Under the pieces are notes generated by a model. The model made no database searches, was not told the origin of the DNA, and worked only from the letters and a program-made list of their open reading frames with translations. Below are positions 9,392 to 19,528 of a stretch of DNA of 64,000 nt, piece after piece. Within the stretch, counting starts at the first letter, position 1, and every line of letters starts with the position of its first letter. Source of the stretch: an uncultured Nitrososphaerota archaeon (lineage in GTDB: Archaea > Korarchaeota > Korarchaeia > Korarchaeales > Korarchaeaceae); assembly GCA_964618805.1 (NCBI GenBank), contig CAZUBM010000002.1:67013-131012 (forward strand), given 5' to 3'. The position numbers and the translations under genes are program-made.

Positions 9392-10261
9392 CTATTTAAT
9401 CACCTCTTTAAAGACCTCAGGCCTACGCCATAGCGGATATGTGTCCTTGTTATACTCCCTAATTCTTCTAAGCGTCTCCTTGCTTACCTCCGCGTAAGCT
9501 ATACCCTCATAGAAGCCGCTTACGTAGCCTATTATTTCTCCCTCAGGATTGGCTATCAAACTTGGTCCCATGTAGTAAAGCGGGTATGGGCCTACCTGTT
9601 CCTCCCTCAACCCAGCCCTGTTTGAGGCTGCAAAGTAGCATTGAGTGACATAAGCGTATGTGGAGGTTATAGCAGGTACAAGATAGGCCCACCTAACGCT
9701 CCAGTTTAGGGGCCAGCATATTATTTCTGCTCCCTTCAAAGCGTATATTCTTGGTATTTCTGGAACGTTTGCATCTACATCTATCAGTATTCCGATCTTC
9801 CCTAGCTCGGTGTCAAACACCTCAAGATTGTTTGATGGTGAAATTCCAAGGCCAACCTCATGTTTTGAAGAGTGATTCTCAGGATGAGTTTTTCTCTGCT
9901 TTCCTATAACCTCCCCCTCTGGGCTTATGAGAGTGCTGGTATTATATACCTTATCACCCTCTACCTCGATTATCGTTCCTGCAACTACGTAAAGGCCAAG
10001 TTCCTTGGCCTTGTTGCACATGGCCTCGATCGAGGCACCTCCAGGAATTGGTTCGCCAATTTTCTTAAGTTCATCAAGGGTTTTTTTCCTTGAAGGGCAT
10101 TCTGTTAAGAAATACTCTGGGAATACAACGAGTTTCGCCCCATATTTTGATGCTCTTTCTATCATATTTAAGGCCTTTTTAAGGTTCTCTTCCTTTGAAT
10201 AAGAGCTTATACGCATTTGAACTGAGGCCAATATAAACTCCTCGATAGAGATCACCTCCAA
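9392..10261 (-). CDS. Carbon-nitrogen hydrolase (nitrilase superfamily), with Asp at the catalytic Cys position
   Basis: LVVFPEY (Glu), YNTS, QRKTH (Lys), DTELGKIGILIDVD (normally GxxICYD), ASNRAG and GPSLIANPEG. The start codon is uncertain. Confidence 0.85.
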   Translation of the reverse strand: MEVISIEEFILASVQMRISSYSKEENLKKALNMIERASKYGAKLVVFPEYFLTECPSRKKTLDELKKIGEPIPGGASIEAMCNKAKELGLYVVAGTIIEVEGDKVYNTSTLISPEGEVIGKQRKTHPENHSSKHEVGLGISPSNNLEVFDTELGKIGILIDVDANVPEIPRIYALKGAEIICWPLNWSVRWAYLVPAITSTYAYVTQCYFAASNRAGLREEQVGPYPLYYMGPSLIANPEGEIIGYVSGFYEGIAYAEVSKETLRRIREYNKDTYPLWRRPEVFKEVIK

Positions 10262-10576
10262 AACTTAACACAGAATATAATTTTTAAATGTACCTATCAG
10301 ATTATTTATTAATGAATTTACAAATCTTCAGTTAAACACTAATTTACGAATGATAATGTATTCGTATGAAGGAGAACTCAAATGACTACTTACCTCTAAG
10401 CTCTATAATGCTTTTAAGAAGAAGATTATAGCATTAACAAACCTGATTTGAAGGTCTAACCTCTTAAAGTTCAAAGAACAGCACATAGGAGTTCCTTTCA
10501 ATGTTGTAAAATAAAAATAAGGACCAATTCTCTCAAGTCTAACTTAATTAAAAGAAGAGTACCCTACAAATAGTCA

Positions 10577-11562
10577 GTGACACGAAGGACCTGGTTGAAT
10601 CTAAAGTTCGGCGTTAGGATACCGAATTGGACCCTTTCCAGCTACTTTCCGATGTACGAGAGGTTGGATTATAAGGTCATAGTGGACTATGCGGTCGAGA
10701 GCGGGTCCCTTGGGTACGATTCCATCTGGATGAACGACCACCCAGTATTTGTTCAGGCCATATTGGAGTCTTGGACCGCTCTCTCTTTTCTCTAGTGCCG
10801 GTCTCAAATAAGATTAGGTTAGGAACGCTTGTTTTATGTAATAACTTCAGATTTCCCTCTGTGCTTGCAAAAATGGCCGCTACGCTGGATTATATATCAG
10901 ATGGAAGGTTAGAATTCGGTATAGGTGCTGGTTGGAATGAAGAAGAACATAGAACCTATGGAATTCCTTTTTCTAAACCAGCAGAGAGAATAGAACGGCT
11001 TAGAGAATCTATTGAGATAATAAAGAAGATGTGGACAGAGGAAACTCCTATTTACAGGGGAAAATACTACAAGATTGACGGTGCTATCTGTGAGCCAAAA
11101 CCCTTGCAGAAACCACATCCTCCAATTACGGTAGGAGGAGCTGGGGAAAAGCTGATGATAAGATTGATAGCTCAACATGCATACAGGTGCAACTTTGCTC
11201 ATCGCTCCCCTGCAGAGTATGTTCACAAGCTAAGCATTTTGAGGATAGCATGCTCCAAAGTTGGCCGCGACTTCGATGAAATAGAGAAATCTTGGTGGGG
11301 AAGGGCAATAATTTCAAGGGACGAGGCTAGAGTTAATGCACAATTAAAAGCTCTTTACCTATCCCGAAAGAGAGAATCTCCCTTCGAGGAGTGGATTAAA
11401 GAGGTGAAAGCAAACAGCATAGTTGGGACACCTGAAGAATGCGTTGAGAAGCTTAGGGAGTATTTGAGATTAGGAGTAACCTACTTCATCCTCAGGTTTG
11501 GGGATGCACCTTCCAAGGATGGGATTAGGCTTTTCGCTGAAGGGGTCATTCCAGAATTATGA
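10577..11562 (+). pseudogene. LLM-class (luciferase-like, probably F420-dependent) oxidoreductase, frameshifted
   Basis: GYDSIWMNDH in ORF 10577..10795 continues as IRLGTLV...LAKMAATLDYISDGRLEFGIGAGW and PKPLQKPHPPI in ORF 10771..11562. The frame changes in the CT-rich tract at about 10780-10793. Confidence 0.82.
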
Positions 11563-11653
11563 AGATATATATGAAGTACGTACGGGGAAAGCCATAACCT
11601 TCTTTTCAAGGATCCTCTAATTAGTGTTGGCAGGAGGAAGAAGGTGTAGTTTC

Positions 11654-12370
11654 TTACAATCTCTCCCTATACATTTTCAATACCTTCTCTATGTATCTCG
11701 TATGTAGCCTTTCATGATCTACTAATCTCCTTAGTACCTTTCTGGCTGTCCACAGATTGCATACTGGGTTCGAGTCTATCTTAGGCTGAAAGATTCCTCT
11801 CATTTTATTGCTTGGAAAGTTCCTTAGGTAATCAACCACTATTTTTCGAGTGTAATCAAGCATCTCAAACACGTCTTCGGGATACTTAGTGGGTAAATCA
11901 ACATTCAGCCGACTAATATACCATGGTTCAACGTAAGCTATGTGCCTCAAGCAATTTCTTATTGTGCGAGGCTTTTTTGGAGGCAACCAATCAAGACATT
12001 CATCACTTAGGTCAGAAACTAGCTCAAGTAAATCTACACGGGAATATTTCATCAAGCAAAGGGTTCTCGCAATATCGTCCCTAGTTATTGGAAGCACTTC
12101 AGACCAGAATAGAGGTTCTGGCTTGCCGGCTTCGACCGGGTTATAATCAACCCTTAACATTTCAGCTACTTCTACTTCAAACCATCTAGCTTCATCTGGT
12201 ACTTTTTCTCCATGCTTCTCAACCCATTTGAACCACTCGGCAATCGCTACCTTAACTTTCTTTAGAGCTCTTTCCGGCGTTCTCCCGAAAACCCAGCAAC
12301 CCGGATGGTCTGGAACAAAGGCCCCAGTACCTCCTTGACCTACTTCAAGACAAACTAATATTTTCTCCAC
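11654..12370 (-). CDS. HicB-like N-terminal domain fused to a DinB/YfiT-like domain
   Basis: AFVPDHPGCWVFGRTPERAL is HicB-like. RTIRNCLRHIAYVE and WTARKVLRRLVDHERLH supply the DinB His residues. Confidence 0.7.
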   Translation of the reverse strand: MEKILVCLEVGQGGTGAFVPDHPGCWVFGRTPERALKKVKVAIAEWFKWVEKHGEKVPDEARWFEVEVAEMLRVDYNPVEAGKPEPLFWSEVLPITRDDIARTLCLMKYSRVDLLELVSDLSDECLDWLPPKKPRTIRNCLRHIAYVEPWYISRLNVDLPTKYPEDVFEMLDYTRKIVVDYLRNFPSNKMRGIFQPKIDSNPVCNLWTARKVLRRLVDHERLHTRYIEKVLKMYRERL

Positions 12371-12493
12371 CTTCTCATCTCTTTACCTCTAAAACTGGAA
12401 AATCAAAAACTTTCTAGAACTGGCCTAGAAGCAGATTACCCGGCAACTTATCTTAGGTAGCATTTTTATCTTTTAGGCTAGTGAAAAGAGCCG

Positions 12494-12925
12494 ATGTCTA
12501 AAGATCTAAGAAGATATGTCGGCTATTGTGGGCTCTTTTGTCCTTCTTGCGATTGGAGAAATGGTGTTATAAGGTCGACTGCAAGAGAATTGCTCTCCAT
12601 CTTGGAGAGGAACGATGAGTTAAAGTATATTGCAGAGATGACGGGGGCTTTTAACTACGAAGAACTAATGAAGGCTCTCAATTGGCTATCCACAAAGCCG
12701 AGGTGTAATGGAGGAAGTTGCAGGGCCGGAGACGGCTGGTCAGATTGTCCCATTAGAAAGTGCTGCAAGGAAGTTGGCGTTGATTTCTGCTATGAGTGCC
12801 CTAATTTTCCCTGCGAGATGTTTGCTAAACATCCGCTATTTGGGGAAAGTTTCATTGCAATTCAGAAGGAGATAAAGGAAATTGGACTAGAGGAGTGGGT
12901 AAGAAGACAGGAAGAGGCTTTCTGA
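12494..12925 (+). CDS. DUF3795-family Cys-rich protein
   Basis: GYCGLFCPSC and CPIRKCCKE..VDFCYECPNFPC. Confidence 0.8.
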   Translation: MSKDLRRYVGYCGLFCPSCDWRNGVIRSTARELLSILERNDELKYIAEMTGAFNYEELMKALNWLSTKPRCNGGSCRAGDGWSDCPIRKCCKEVGVDFCYECPNFPCEMFAKHPLFGESFIAIQKEIKEIGLEEWVRRQEEAF

Positions 12926-14521
12926 CTATCTCCTTTTGAGGACTTTTCCAGGCTTAGCTTCAGTGTGCCTTCCCTTTTCTATCACCACTTCGCCATTGAC
13001 TAAGACGTACTCAATGCCCTCAGCATATTGATGGGGGTCTAAAAACGTGGCCTTATCTATGATTTTCTTAGGATCAAAGACAACTATATCTGCAATGAAA
13101 CCTTCCCTTATCAACCCTCTATTCAAAAGCCTTAGCCTTGTAGCTGGAGCGCTTGTCATCTTCCTTACAGCTTCTTCAAGGGTTAAAACCCTCCTTTCCC
13201 TTGAATAATATCCTAAGATCCTGGCAAAAGTTCCATAAGCCCTAGGATGGGGTCTAGTCTGTGAAAGCGGGCCGTATGGTGCAGAACAGGAGCTATCACT
13301 CCCTATGCAGGAGAGTGAATGCTTCATCACCCTAAGTAAGTCTTCTTCATGCATCCCATGGATTATGATCCCAACCCTTCCCTGGGACTTAAGCAAGAGT
13401 TCAAAGACCGTCTCATAAGGATCAAGTCCCCATGCCTTAGATACCTCTGCAATAGTCTTTCCCTGAATCGATCTATCTGGAGCATAATCAGTTATTCTAA
13501 TGATGTCATATACTTCCTTGTCCATATAATGCCCTTTCTTTACCCTTTCTTCCATATATGCCCTTATCCTCTCCCTAGTTTCTGGATCGGTAAGCCTTCT
13601 TAACATGGCATCAACCCCTCCTTCCTGCGCCCACTCCGGAATAAGGACATCAAGCCCCGTTGAGCTTGCAGTGTAAGGATAGAAGTCAAATGTCACCTCA
13701 ATTCCTCTCTCTCTAGCTTCCTCAACAATCTTACAAGTGATCTTTGTCTTTCCCCAGTTCCTTTTGCCAGAAGCCTTGAAATGGGATATCTCTACCCTGC
13801 ATTTTGATCTCTCTCCTATCTCTATAGCCTCTTTTACAGCATCTATCAGCGTATCCGACTCCCCTCTTATGTGTGAAGCGTACATCCCCCCATATTCTGA
13901 TACCACCTTACAGAGTTCTACTATCTCATCGGTCTTTGCATAGGAGCTAGGTGGATATATTAGGCCCGTTGAAAGACCGAATGCTCCAGCTTCCATTCCC
14001 TCTCTTACGTAGTCCTTCATCTCTTCAAGCTCTTCCTCTGTCGGAGGTCTGTTCTCAAATTGAAGAACATTCATTCTCACTGTTCCGTGACCAACAAAAG
14101 GAACTACATTTATGCTAATTCCTCCTTTCTGAAGCCTATTCATGTATTCTTCCATAGTTCTCCAGTCGATGCTAACATACTCTCTTATGTGATCTGGCAT
14201 TGTCCTCTCAAGATATTCTGCACTCCAATCGTTTATTGGTGCGAGGGAGTAACCGCATTGCCCTATGACTTCAGTAGTGACGCCCTGCCTTATCTTGCTC
14301 TCAGCATACGGATTAACTAACAAGCTGATGTCGCTATGTCCATGCATGTCAATGAACCCAGGACAAACCATGAGACCTGAGGCATCTATGATCACCTCAG
14401 GTTTTTCGCCCCACTCCAAGCCCACTTTAGATATTATTCCATCAGAAATGTATACATTTGAGTTAAACCAAGGTCCTCCGGTGCCATCTACGACTTTCCC
14501 CTTGACAATAGCTATTTTCAT
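12926..14521 (-). CDS. N-acyl-D-amino-acid deacylase (D-aminoacylase)
   Basis: PGFIDMHGHSD, GVTTEVIGQCG, GAFGLSTGLIYPP, SHIRGE, SHFK, IGSD and HPRAYGTF. Confidence 0.9.
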   Translation of the reverse strand: MKIAIVKGKVVDGTGGPWFNSNVYISDGIISKVGLEWGEKPEVIIDASGLMVCPGFIDMHGHSDISLLVNPYAESKIRQGVTTEVIGQCGYSLAPINDWSAEYLERTMPDHIREYVSIDWRTMEEYMNRLQKGGISINVVPFVGHGTVRMNVLQFENRPPTEEELEEMKDYVREGMEAGAFGLSTGLIYPPSSYAKTDEIVELCKVVSEYGGMYASHIRGESDTLIDAVKEAIEIGERSKCRVEISHFKASGKRNWGKTKITCKIVEEARERGIEVTFDFYPYTASSTGLDVLIPEWAQEGGVDAMLRRLTDPETRERIRAYMEERVKKGHYMDKEVYDIIRITDYAPDRSIQGKTIAEVSKAWGLDPYETVFELLLKSQGRVGIIIHGMHEEDLLRVMKHSLSCIGSDSSCSAPYGPLSQTRPHPRAYGTFARILGYYSRERRVLTLEEAVRKMTSAPATRLRLLNRGLIREGFIADIVVFDPKKIIDKATFLDPHQYAEGIEYVLVNGEVVIEKGRHTEAKPGKVLKRR

Positions 14522-14612
14522 TTTACTCAGAGTTTACAAGGAATTACTTTAATTCCTTTTCTCACGGGAAGTCAATCTTTTATGATTTACCTGAGCTAAA
14601 GGTGGAAGGCTT

Positions 14613-15731
14613 ATGAACATCAGCGTCCTAGATCTTGCGGCATCCCTAATTTCTGTAGATTCAACGAATCCTGGAGCACTTGAGTTAGAGATAGCGGATT
14701 TCTTAGGAGATGTGCTTGAAGAGCTTGGTTTTCACGTTGACAGACAGAAGTACAGCGACTTAAGGATGAATCTTTTTGCATACAAGCACCCAGAAAGAGT
14801 AAAAATACTGCTCTGTGGACACTTGGACACAGTACCCCCAGCTGAAGGGTGGAAAAGGGATCCATCTACGCCGAAGGTTGTAAGAGGAAGGCTTTATGGG
14901 CTTGGTTCATGTGACATGAAAGGAGCTATTGCTGCCATGATCGCAGCTGGATCCGAGTCGCTAAAGGAGGATGAGGAGATCGGAGTTGGCTTCTTATTCA
15001 CTTCAGATGAGGAAGTTGGTATGTCAGGGGCTAAATTTGCCGCTCCAAAAATAAGAGATGTCTTTAAAGCCCTGAAACTGTGTCTAATAGGAGAACCAAC
15101 AGATCTTAGACTAATTACTTGCCACAAAGGTGTACTCAGAGCTACTTTAAGGGTAAAAGGGGTTGCATCTCACAGCAGCATTCCTGAAAGCGGATCGAAT
15201 GCAGTTCATCATGGCATAAGGATACTCGATAAAATGTTGAGAGAAGGTGTGCCTGACTTAGAGCATCCTCTCTTGGGAAGGCCTACCCTCCAAGTCACGA
15301 TTATTAAAGGGGGAGTAGCTGAGAACATAATACCGGACAGTTTTGAGGCAAAAATAGACATGAGATTAGTTCCCCCTGAAACAGAAGAGAGCAGAAAATC
15401 TCTAATCCTGAGGATCCTTGACGAGTACGAGGAGACAGATGCAAAGGAAATGAAATTCACGCTTGCCCTTTCACCATATGAAGCTCCTCCCATACCCGAA
15501 ATTGCAACAATATCCAGAATTATGAAAAGCATGGGACTGAACTCACAACCTTCAGGAGCCCCTTATCTAACTGAAGCTCCAATTTACTGGATGCAAGGAA
15601 TTCCCTCTATTGTAATAGGACCTGGGGACATTAAATATGCTCACAAACCAGATGAGAGCGTTTACATAAGCAAACTTGCTTCAGCCAAGAAACTGTACAA
15701 GAGGCTTATACTGCTATTCAATAGTTCTTGA
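14613..15731 (+). CDS. M20-family metallopeptidase/deacylase (ArgE/DapE-like)
   Basis: GHLDTVP, GLGSCDMKGA, SDEE, GEPT and AHKPDE. Confidence 0.9.
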   Translation: MNISVLDLAASLISVDSTNPGALELEIADFLGDVLEELGFHVDRQKYSDLRMNLFAYKHPERVKILLCGHLDTVPPAEGWKRDPSTPKVVRGRLYGLGSCDMKGAIAAMIAAGSESLKEDEEIGVGFLFTSDEEVGMSGAKFAAPKIRDVFKALKLCLIGEPTDLRLITCHKGVLRATLRVKGVASHSSIPESGSNAVHHGIRILDKMLREGVPDLEHPLLGRPTLQVTIIKGGVAENIIPDSFEAKIDMRLVPPETEESRKSLILRILDEYEETDAKEMKFTLALSPYEAPPIPEIATISRIMKSMGLNSQPSGAPYLTEAPIYWMQGIPSIVIGPGDIKYAHKPDESVYISKLASAKKLYKRLILLFNSS

Positions 15732-16023
15732 ATGAAGTAAATCAGAATAACAGGATTTAAGTCAATTGAATTACAAATTGAAAGGAAAGCGTTCAAGAGA
15801 AGATTAGCTGCCTTCTTTCATCGAAGAACTCCAGTTTTGAAAAATTTTGTTTCCTAGAAAATCTCTGAAGTCCAGGCAATTAATGGTTGAATAAATTGGT
15901 AACTGATTTTTCCCTTAGTTTTCAACAATATAAGCCCCTAAGTTCTCATACTAAGAGCCTGAACTGGCAAATAATGAAGGAAAAAATGAAAAATATATTT
16001 GAAAGGAAATTCAAGAAGGTTTG

Positions 16024-17592
16024 ATGGAAGCTGAATCTGTATTCATAAACGGGAGTATATTCACGCCTCTAGGGAAAGCAGAGGCCCTTGCCATTCATTC
16101 TGGCCGAATAATGAAGGTAGGGACGAACGAGGAAATCTCCCCTCTGATAGGACCTAGAACTAAAGTGATAGATCTCAAAGGAAAAACCGTACTTCCCGGC
16201 TTAATAGATGCTCATGTCCACCTGTCTAGTTATGGTCTTGCACTAGCTCAACTTGACCTTAGGGGAACGAAATCTATCGAGGAGCTTAAGAGCATGGTGA
16301 GAAAGAGAGCTATTTCCCTATCAAAAGGAGAATGGATCCTTGGAAGGGGATGGGATCAGGAGCTATTTGAGGAGAGAAGATATCCCACTAGATGGGATTT
16401 AGATGAAGTAGCTCCGGATAACCCTGTTTTTCTAAAGAGGGTATGTGGTCACCTTTGCGTGGTCAATAGCAAAGCCCTCGAGATAGCTTCAATAACCAAG
16501 GAAACTAAGGATCCTCCTAGAGGGAAGATAGATAGGGATGAAAGTGGAGAGCCTACTGGAATCTTAAGGGAGAACGCAATAGACATTGTCTATAAGAAAA
16601 TTCCGCCTCCAAACCTAGAGCAGTTAGAAGAAGCTCTTGCAAGGGCAATAAAAGAGGCCGTAAAAAGGGGATTGACCACAATCCATTTCATATGCTCTGA
16701 CAGGTTTCCAGACGAGCTTAGAGCACTTCAACTCCTTAGAAAGGAGGGAAGGCTGCTTTTAAGGATCTATTTAATCCCTCCATATGATTTTTTGGAAAAG
16801 CTAGAGGAAATCGGCATTTTTACAGGATTTGGAGATTCCATGCTGAAGATAGGAGCAATAAAAATAATTGAAGACGGTTCCTTAGGTGGAAGGACAGCGG
16901 CTCTCGAGGAACCCTATACAGACATGCCTGATAAAAAGGGAATGCTGATTTATTCACCAGAAGAACTAAGAGAAATGGTGCTAAAGATCCATAAAGCTGG
17001 ATTTCAGGCTGCAATACACGCGATAGGTGATAGAGCCATAAGAGTTACTTTAGATGCGATAGAGAATGCAGTTAAGCTGATGCCGAGAGATCATAGGCAC
17101 AGAATTGAGCACGCATCCGTCTTAAATCCTAAACTAATTGAAAGGATGAAAAAGCTCAATGTCGTTGCTGTTTGCCAACCCCATTTCATATTTAGCGATT
17201 TTTGGGCTAAGGAAAGGGTTGGTCCTGAAAGAGCAAGGTGGGTTTATGCTCTAAAATCCTTAATGGAGAACGTAATAGTTGCAGGATCATCAGATTGTCC
17301 CGTTGAACCTATAGATCCTTTAAAGGGGATTTGGGCAGCTGTAACCAGACCATACCTTCCTGAAAACGAGAAACTGACCGTAGAGGAGGCAATAGAGATC
17401 TATACGAAAGGAGGAGCATACGCTTCCTTTGAGGAGGAAGAAAAAGGAACAATAGAGGAAGGAAAACTAGCAGATTTCATAATCCTTTCGGATGATCCCA
17501 CAAAAATCGAACCAGAGAGAATAAAGGACATCAAAGTGGAAATGACTATTGTAGGTGGAAAAGTAGTTTATGAAAGGAACAGAAGTAATTAA
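16024..17592 (+). CDS. Amidohydrolase-3 family (YtcJ-like) metal-dependent hydrolase
   Basis: PGLIDAHVH, WILGRGWD, DGSLGGRTAAL, HAIGDRA, RIEHAS and SSDCP. Confidence 0.9.
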   Translation: MEAESVFINGSIFTPLGKAEALAIHSGRIMKVGTNEEISPLIGPRTKVIDLKGKTVLPGLIDAHVHLSSYGLALAQLDLRGTKSIEELKSMVRKRAISLSKGEWILGRGWDQELFEERRYPTRWDLDEVAPDNPVFLKRVCGHLCVVNSKALEIASITKETKDPPRGKIDRDESGEPTGILRENAIDIVYKKIPPPNLEQLEEALARAIKEAVKRGLTTIHFICSDRFPDELRALQLLRKEGRLLLRIYLIPPYDFLEKLEEIGIFTGFGDSMLKIGAIKIIEDGSLGGRTAALEEPYTDMPDKKGMLIYSPEELREMVLKIHKAGFQAAIHAIGDRAIRVTLDAIENAVKLMPRDHRHRIEHASVLNPKLIERMKKLNVVAVCQPHFIFSDFWAKERVGPERARWVYALKSLMENVIVAGSSDCPVEPIDPLKGIWAAVTRPYLPENEKLTVEEAIEIYTKGGAYASFEEEEKGTIEEGKLADFIILSDDPTKIEPERIKDIKVEMTIVGGKVVYERNRSN

Positions 17593-17980
17593 CTAAGGAA
17601 AGAGATTCTCACATTTGTTCAGGCTTTGTAATGCTAAAGAAGCTCTTTCTGATAACATACTTGCTAATGAATTGGTAGTATACCTTTTTTACATGTCTGG
17701 GGGAAATATTCTAAAGGATCTCAGCGCTTGTTGGCGCAATTATCAATAAAAATTTATATTTATTCAAATTCGAATGGGACTTGCGCGATGAACCCTAAGA
17801 AAGCTATGGGAAATGCAATTTTACCTTTCAAAAAGGAAAAGCTTGAGAAGTTGGAGAATGTGAAAGTAGAAGGATCCTCAGTGGCTCATGGATCTACCGA
17901 AGCAAAGGGAAAAGATGAATGCCCTAAAGAAGTTATAAGGAGTGTTAAATTAGTAAAAATATTGTCGGGAGCTATGTAAG

Positions 17981-19459
17981 ATGCCCCATTTTTTGGTTCT
18001 TGAGAAGGATGAAATAGATCTAATTGTAAATTCTGCTCTAAGGGTACTAAATGAAGTTGGTGTTAGGGTTTACAACGACGAAGCGCTCAGGATTTACTCT
18101 GAAGGAGGAGCAGAAGTCGATTTTGAGGAGAAACTAGCTAGAATAGGAGAAGATCAGGTTAGAGATGCCCTCAGCCGAACTCGATCCTCTTTTACAATGT
18201 ACTCAAGGGACGGAAAAACGAGCTACACTGTTGGAGAGGACAACACGTACTTTATACCTGGTTCAGCTGCTATAAGAATTATAGATAGGGGGACTGGCAA
18301 AGCAAGGCCTCCTTTGGCTAAGGATTACGTGGACCTTGTACGTTTAGTAAATGGCCTTGAAAACCTAAAGTTTCAATCAACGGCCTTGATACCTTCAGAT
18401 GTCCCTAGGGAGATTGCAGACAGGTACAGGCTTTACATTGCCTTATGCAACACAAACAAGCCAATATATACCGGAACTTTCACGATAGATGGGGCTATTG
18501 ACATGAAGGACATGCTAGTAGCCGTCTCTGGCAGCGAAGAGGAGCTGGCAAAGAAGCCAAGAGCTGCTTTCACATGTTGTCCATCACCTCCACTAAAGTG
18601 GAGCAAAATAACATCTCAGAACATAATAGATTTAGCTAAGTACAACATTCCGGTATCAATACTTCCAATGCCTCTCGTAGGCTTGGCTTCTCCAGCAACC
18701 ATCGCAGGATCTCTAGTGCAACACGTAGCAGAGTTCTTTTCAGGGTTGGTTCTAGTACAACTTGTAAATCCAAGAGCTCCTGTTCTCTTCGGCGGCTCTC
18801 CAGCTCCAGTTGACCAGAGAACTGCTACCACGCTAATGGGAGCTGTTGAAACTGTCTTGATGACCTCAGCACTTTCTCAAATAGCTAGGACGTTAGGGGT
18901 TCCTACAGATATGTACGTTGGACTCAGTAACTCCAACATCCTCGACGAGCAGGCTTCTGCTGAGACGATGCTTGGCATGTCCCTAGGTGCCCTTGCTGGT
19001 ATTAACATGATAGAGGGAGCAGGAATGATTGAGTTTGAGAGTTGTCAGAGCTTTGAGAAACTGGTCGTGGACAATGAGATCGCGGGAATAGTCTATAGAT
19101 TGCTTAGAGGAATCGAGGTTAAAGAGGAATTGCTGGCACTGGACATAATTAAGGAGGTTGGAGCCGGAGGGAACTTTACGTCAAACATAAGGGCATTGAG
19201 GTTCGTTATGGAAAGGTTCAAAAAGGAGATACACATGCTTGGTCCAGTCTTCAATGTAATGGACAGGAAGGCATGGGAACTTCGTGGAGGGAAGGATGTC
19301 AACACAAAAGCAAGAGAACTAGTTAACGAACTTTTATCCAAACAAGAGCCAGATCTTCCTCCAAAGGACGTTATTCAGGAGCTTAACAAAATTATGGATA
19401 CCTCTGCTAAGAGATATGGGATCAGTTTGGACGCTTTACCTTGGAAATGCGTCGTGTAA
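17981..19459 (+). CDS. mttB: MttB-superfamily corrinoid methyltransferase, non-pyrrolysine (quaternary amine or glycine betaine type)
   Basis: ALRVLNEVGV, SPPLKW, PATIAGSLVQHVAE, QLVNPRAPVLFGG, DEQASAE, GAGMIE and VGAGGNF. No in-frame TAG. Confidence 0.85.
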   Translation: MPHFLVLEKDEIDLIVNSALRVLNEVGVRVYNDEALRIYSEGGAEVDFEEKLARIGEDQVRDALSRTRSSFTMYSRDGKTSYTVGEDNTYFIPGSAAIRIIDRGTGKARPPLAKDYVDLVRLVNGLENLKFQSTALIPSDVPREIADRYRLYIALCNTNKPIYTGTFTIDGAIDMKDMLVAVSGSEEELAKKPRAAFTCCPSPPLKWSKITSQNIIDLAKYNIPVSILPMPLVGLASPATIAGSLVQHVAEFFSGLVLVQLVNPRAPVLFGGSPAPVDQRTATTLMGAVETVLMTSALSQIARTLGVPTDMYVGLSNSNILDEQASAETMLGMSLGALAGINMIEGAGMIEFESCQSFEKLVVDNEIAGIVYRLLRGIEVKEELLALDIIKEVGAGGNFTSNIRALRFVMERFKKEIHMLGPVFNVMDRKAWELRGGKDVNTKARELVNELLSKQEPDLPPKDVIQELNKIMDTSAKRYGISLDALPWKCVV

Positions 19460-19479
19460 CCTTCATTTCGCAGCTTTCT

Positions 19480-19501
19480 ATGCTTTTTGGAGAAAAAGCA
19501 T
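19480..19501. terminator. Hairpin between convergent genes, possible bidirectional terminator
   Basis: ATGCTTTTT-GGAG-AAAAAGCAT is a perfect 9-bp inverted repeat between the 3' ends of mttB and livM. Confidence 0.5.
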
Positions 19502-19528
19502 CTTGGAAGCTTAATATGCTACTTAACT

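Noticed and set aside
17728-17979. 83-aa ORF upstream of mttB
   Set aside because: No recognisable motif, not corrinoid-protein-like, and it overlaps an AT-rich promoter-like stretch.
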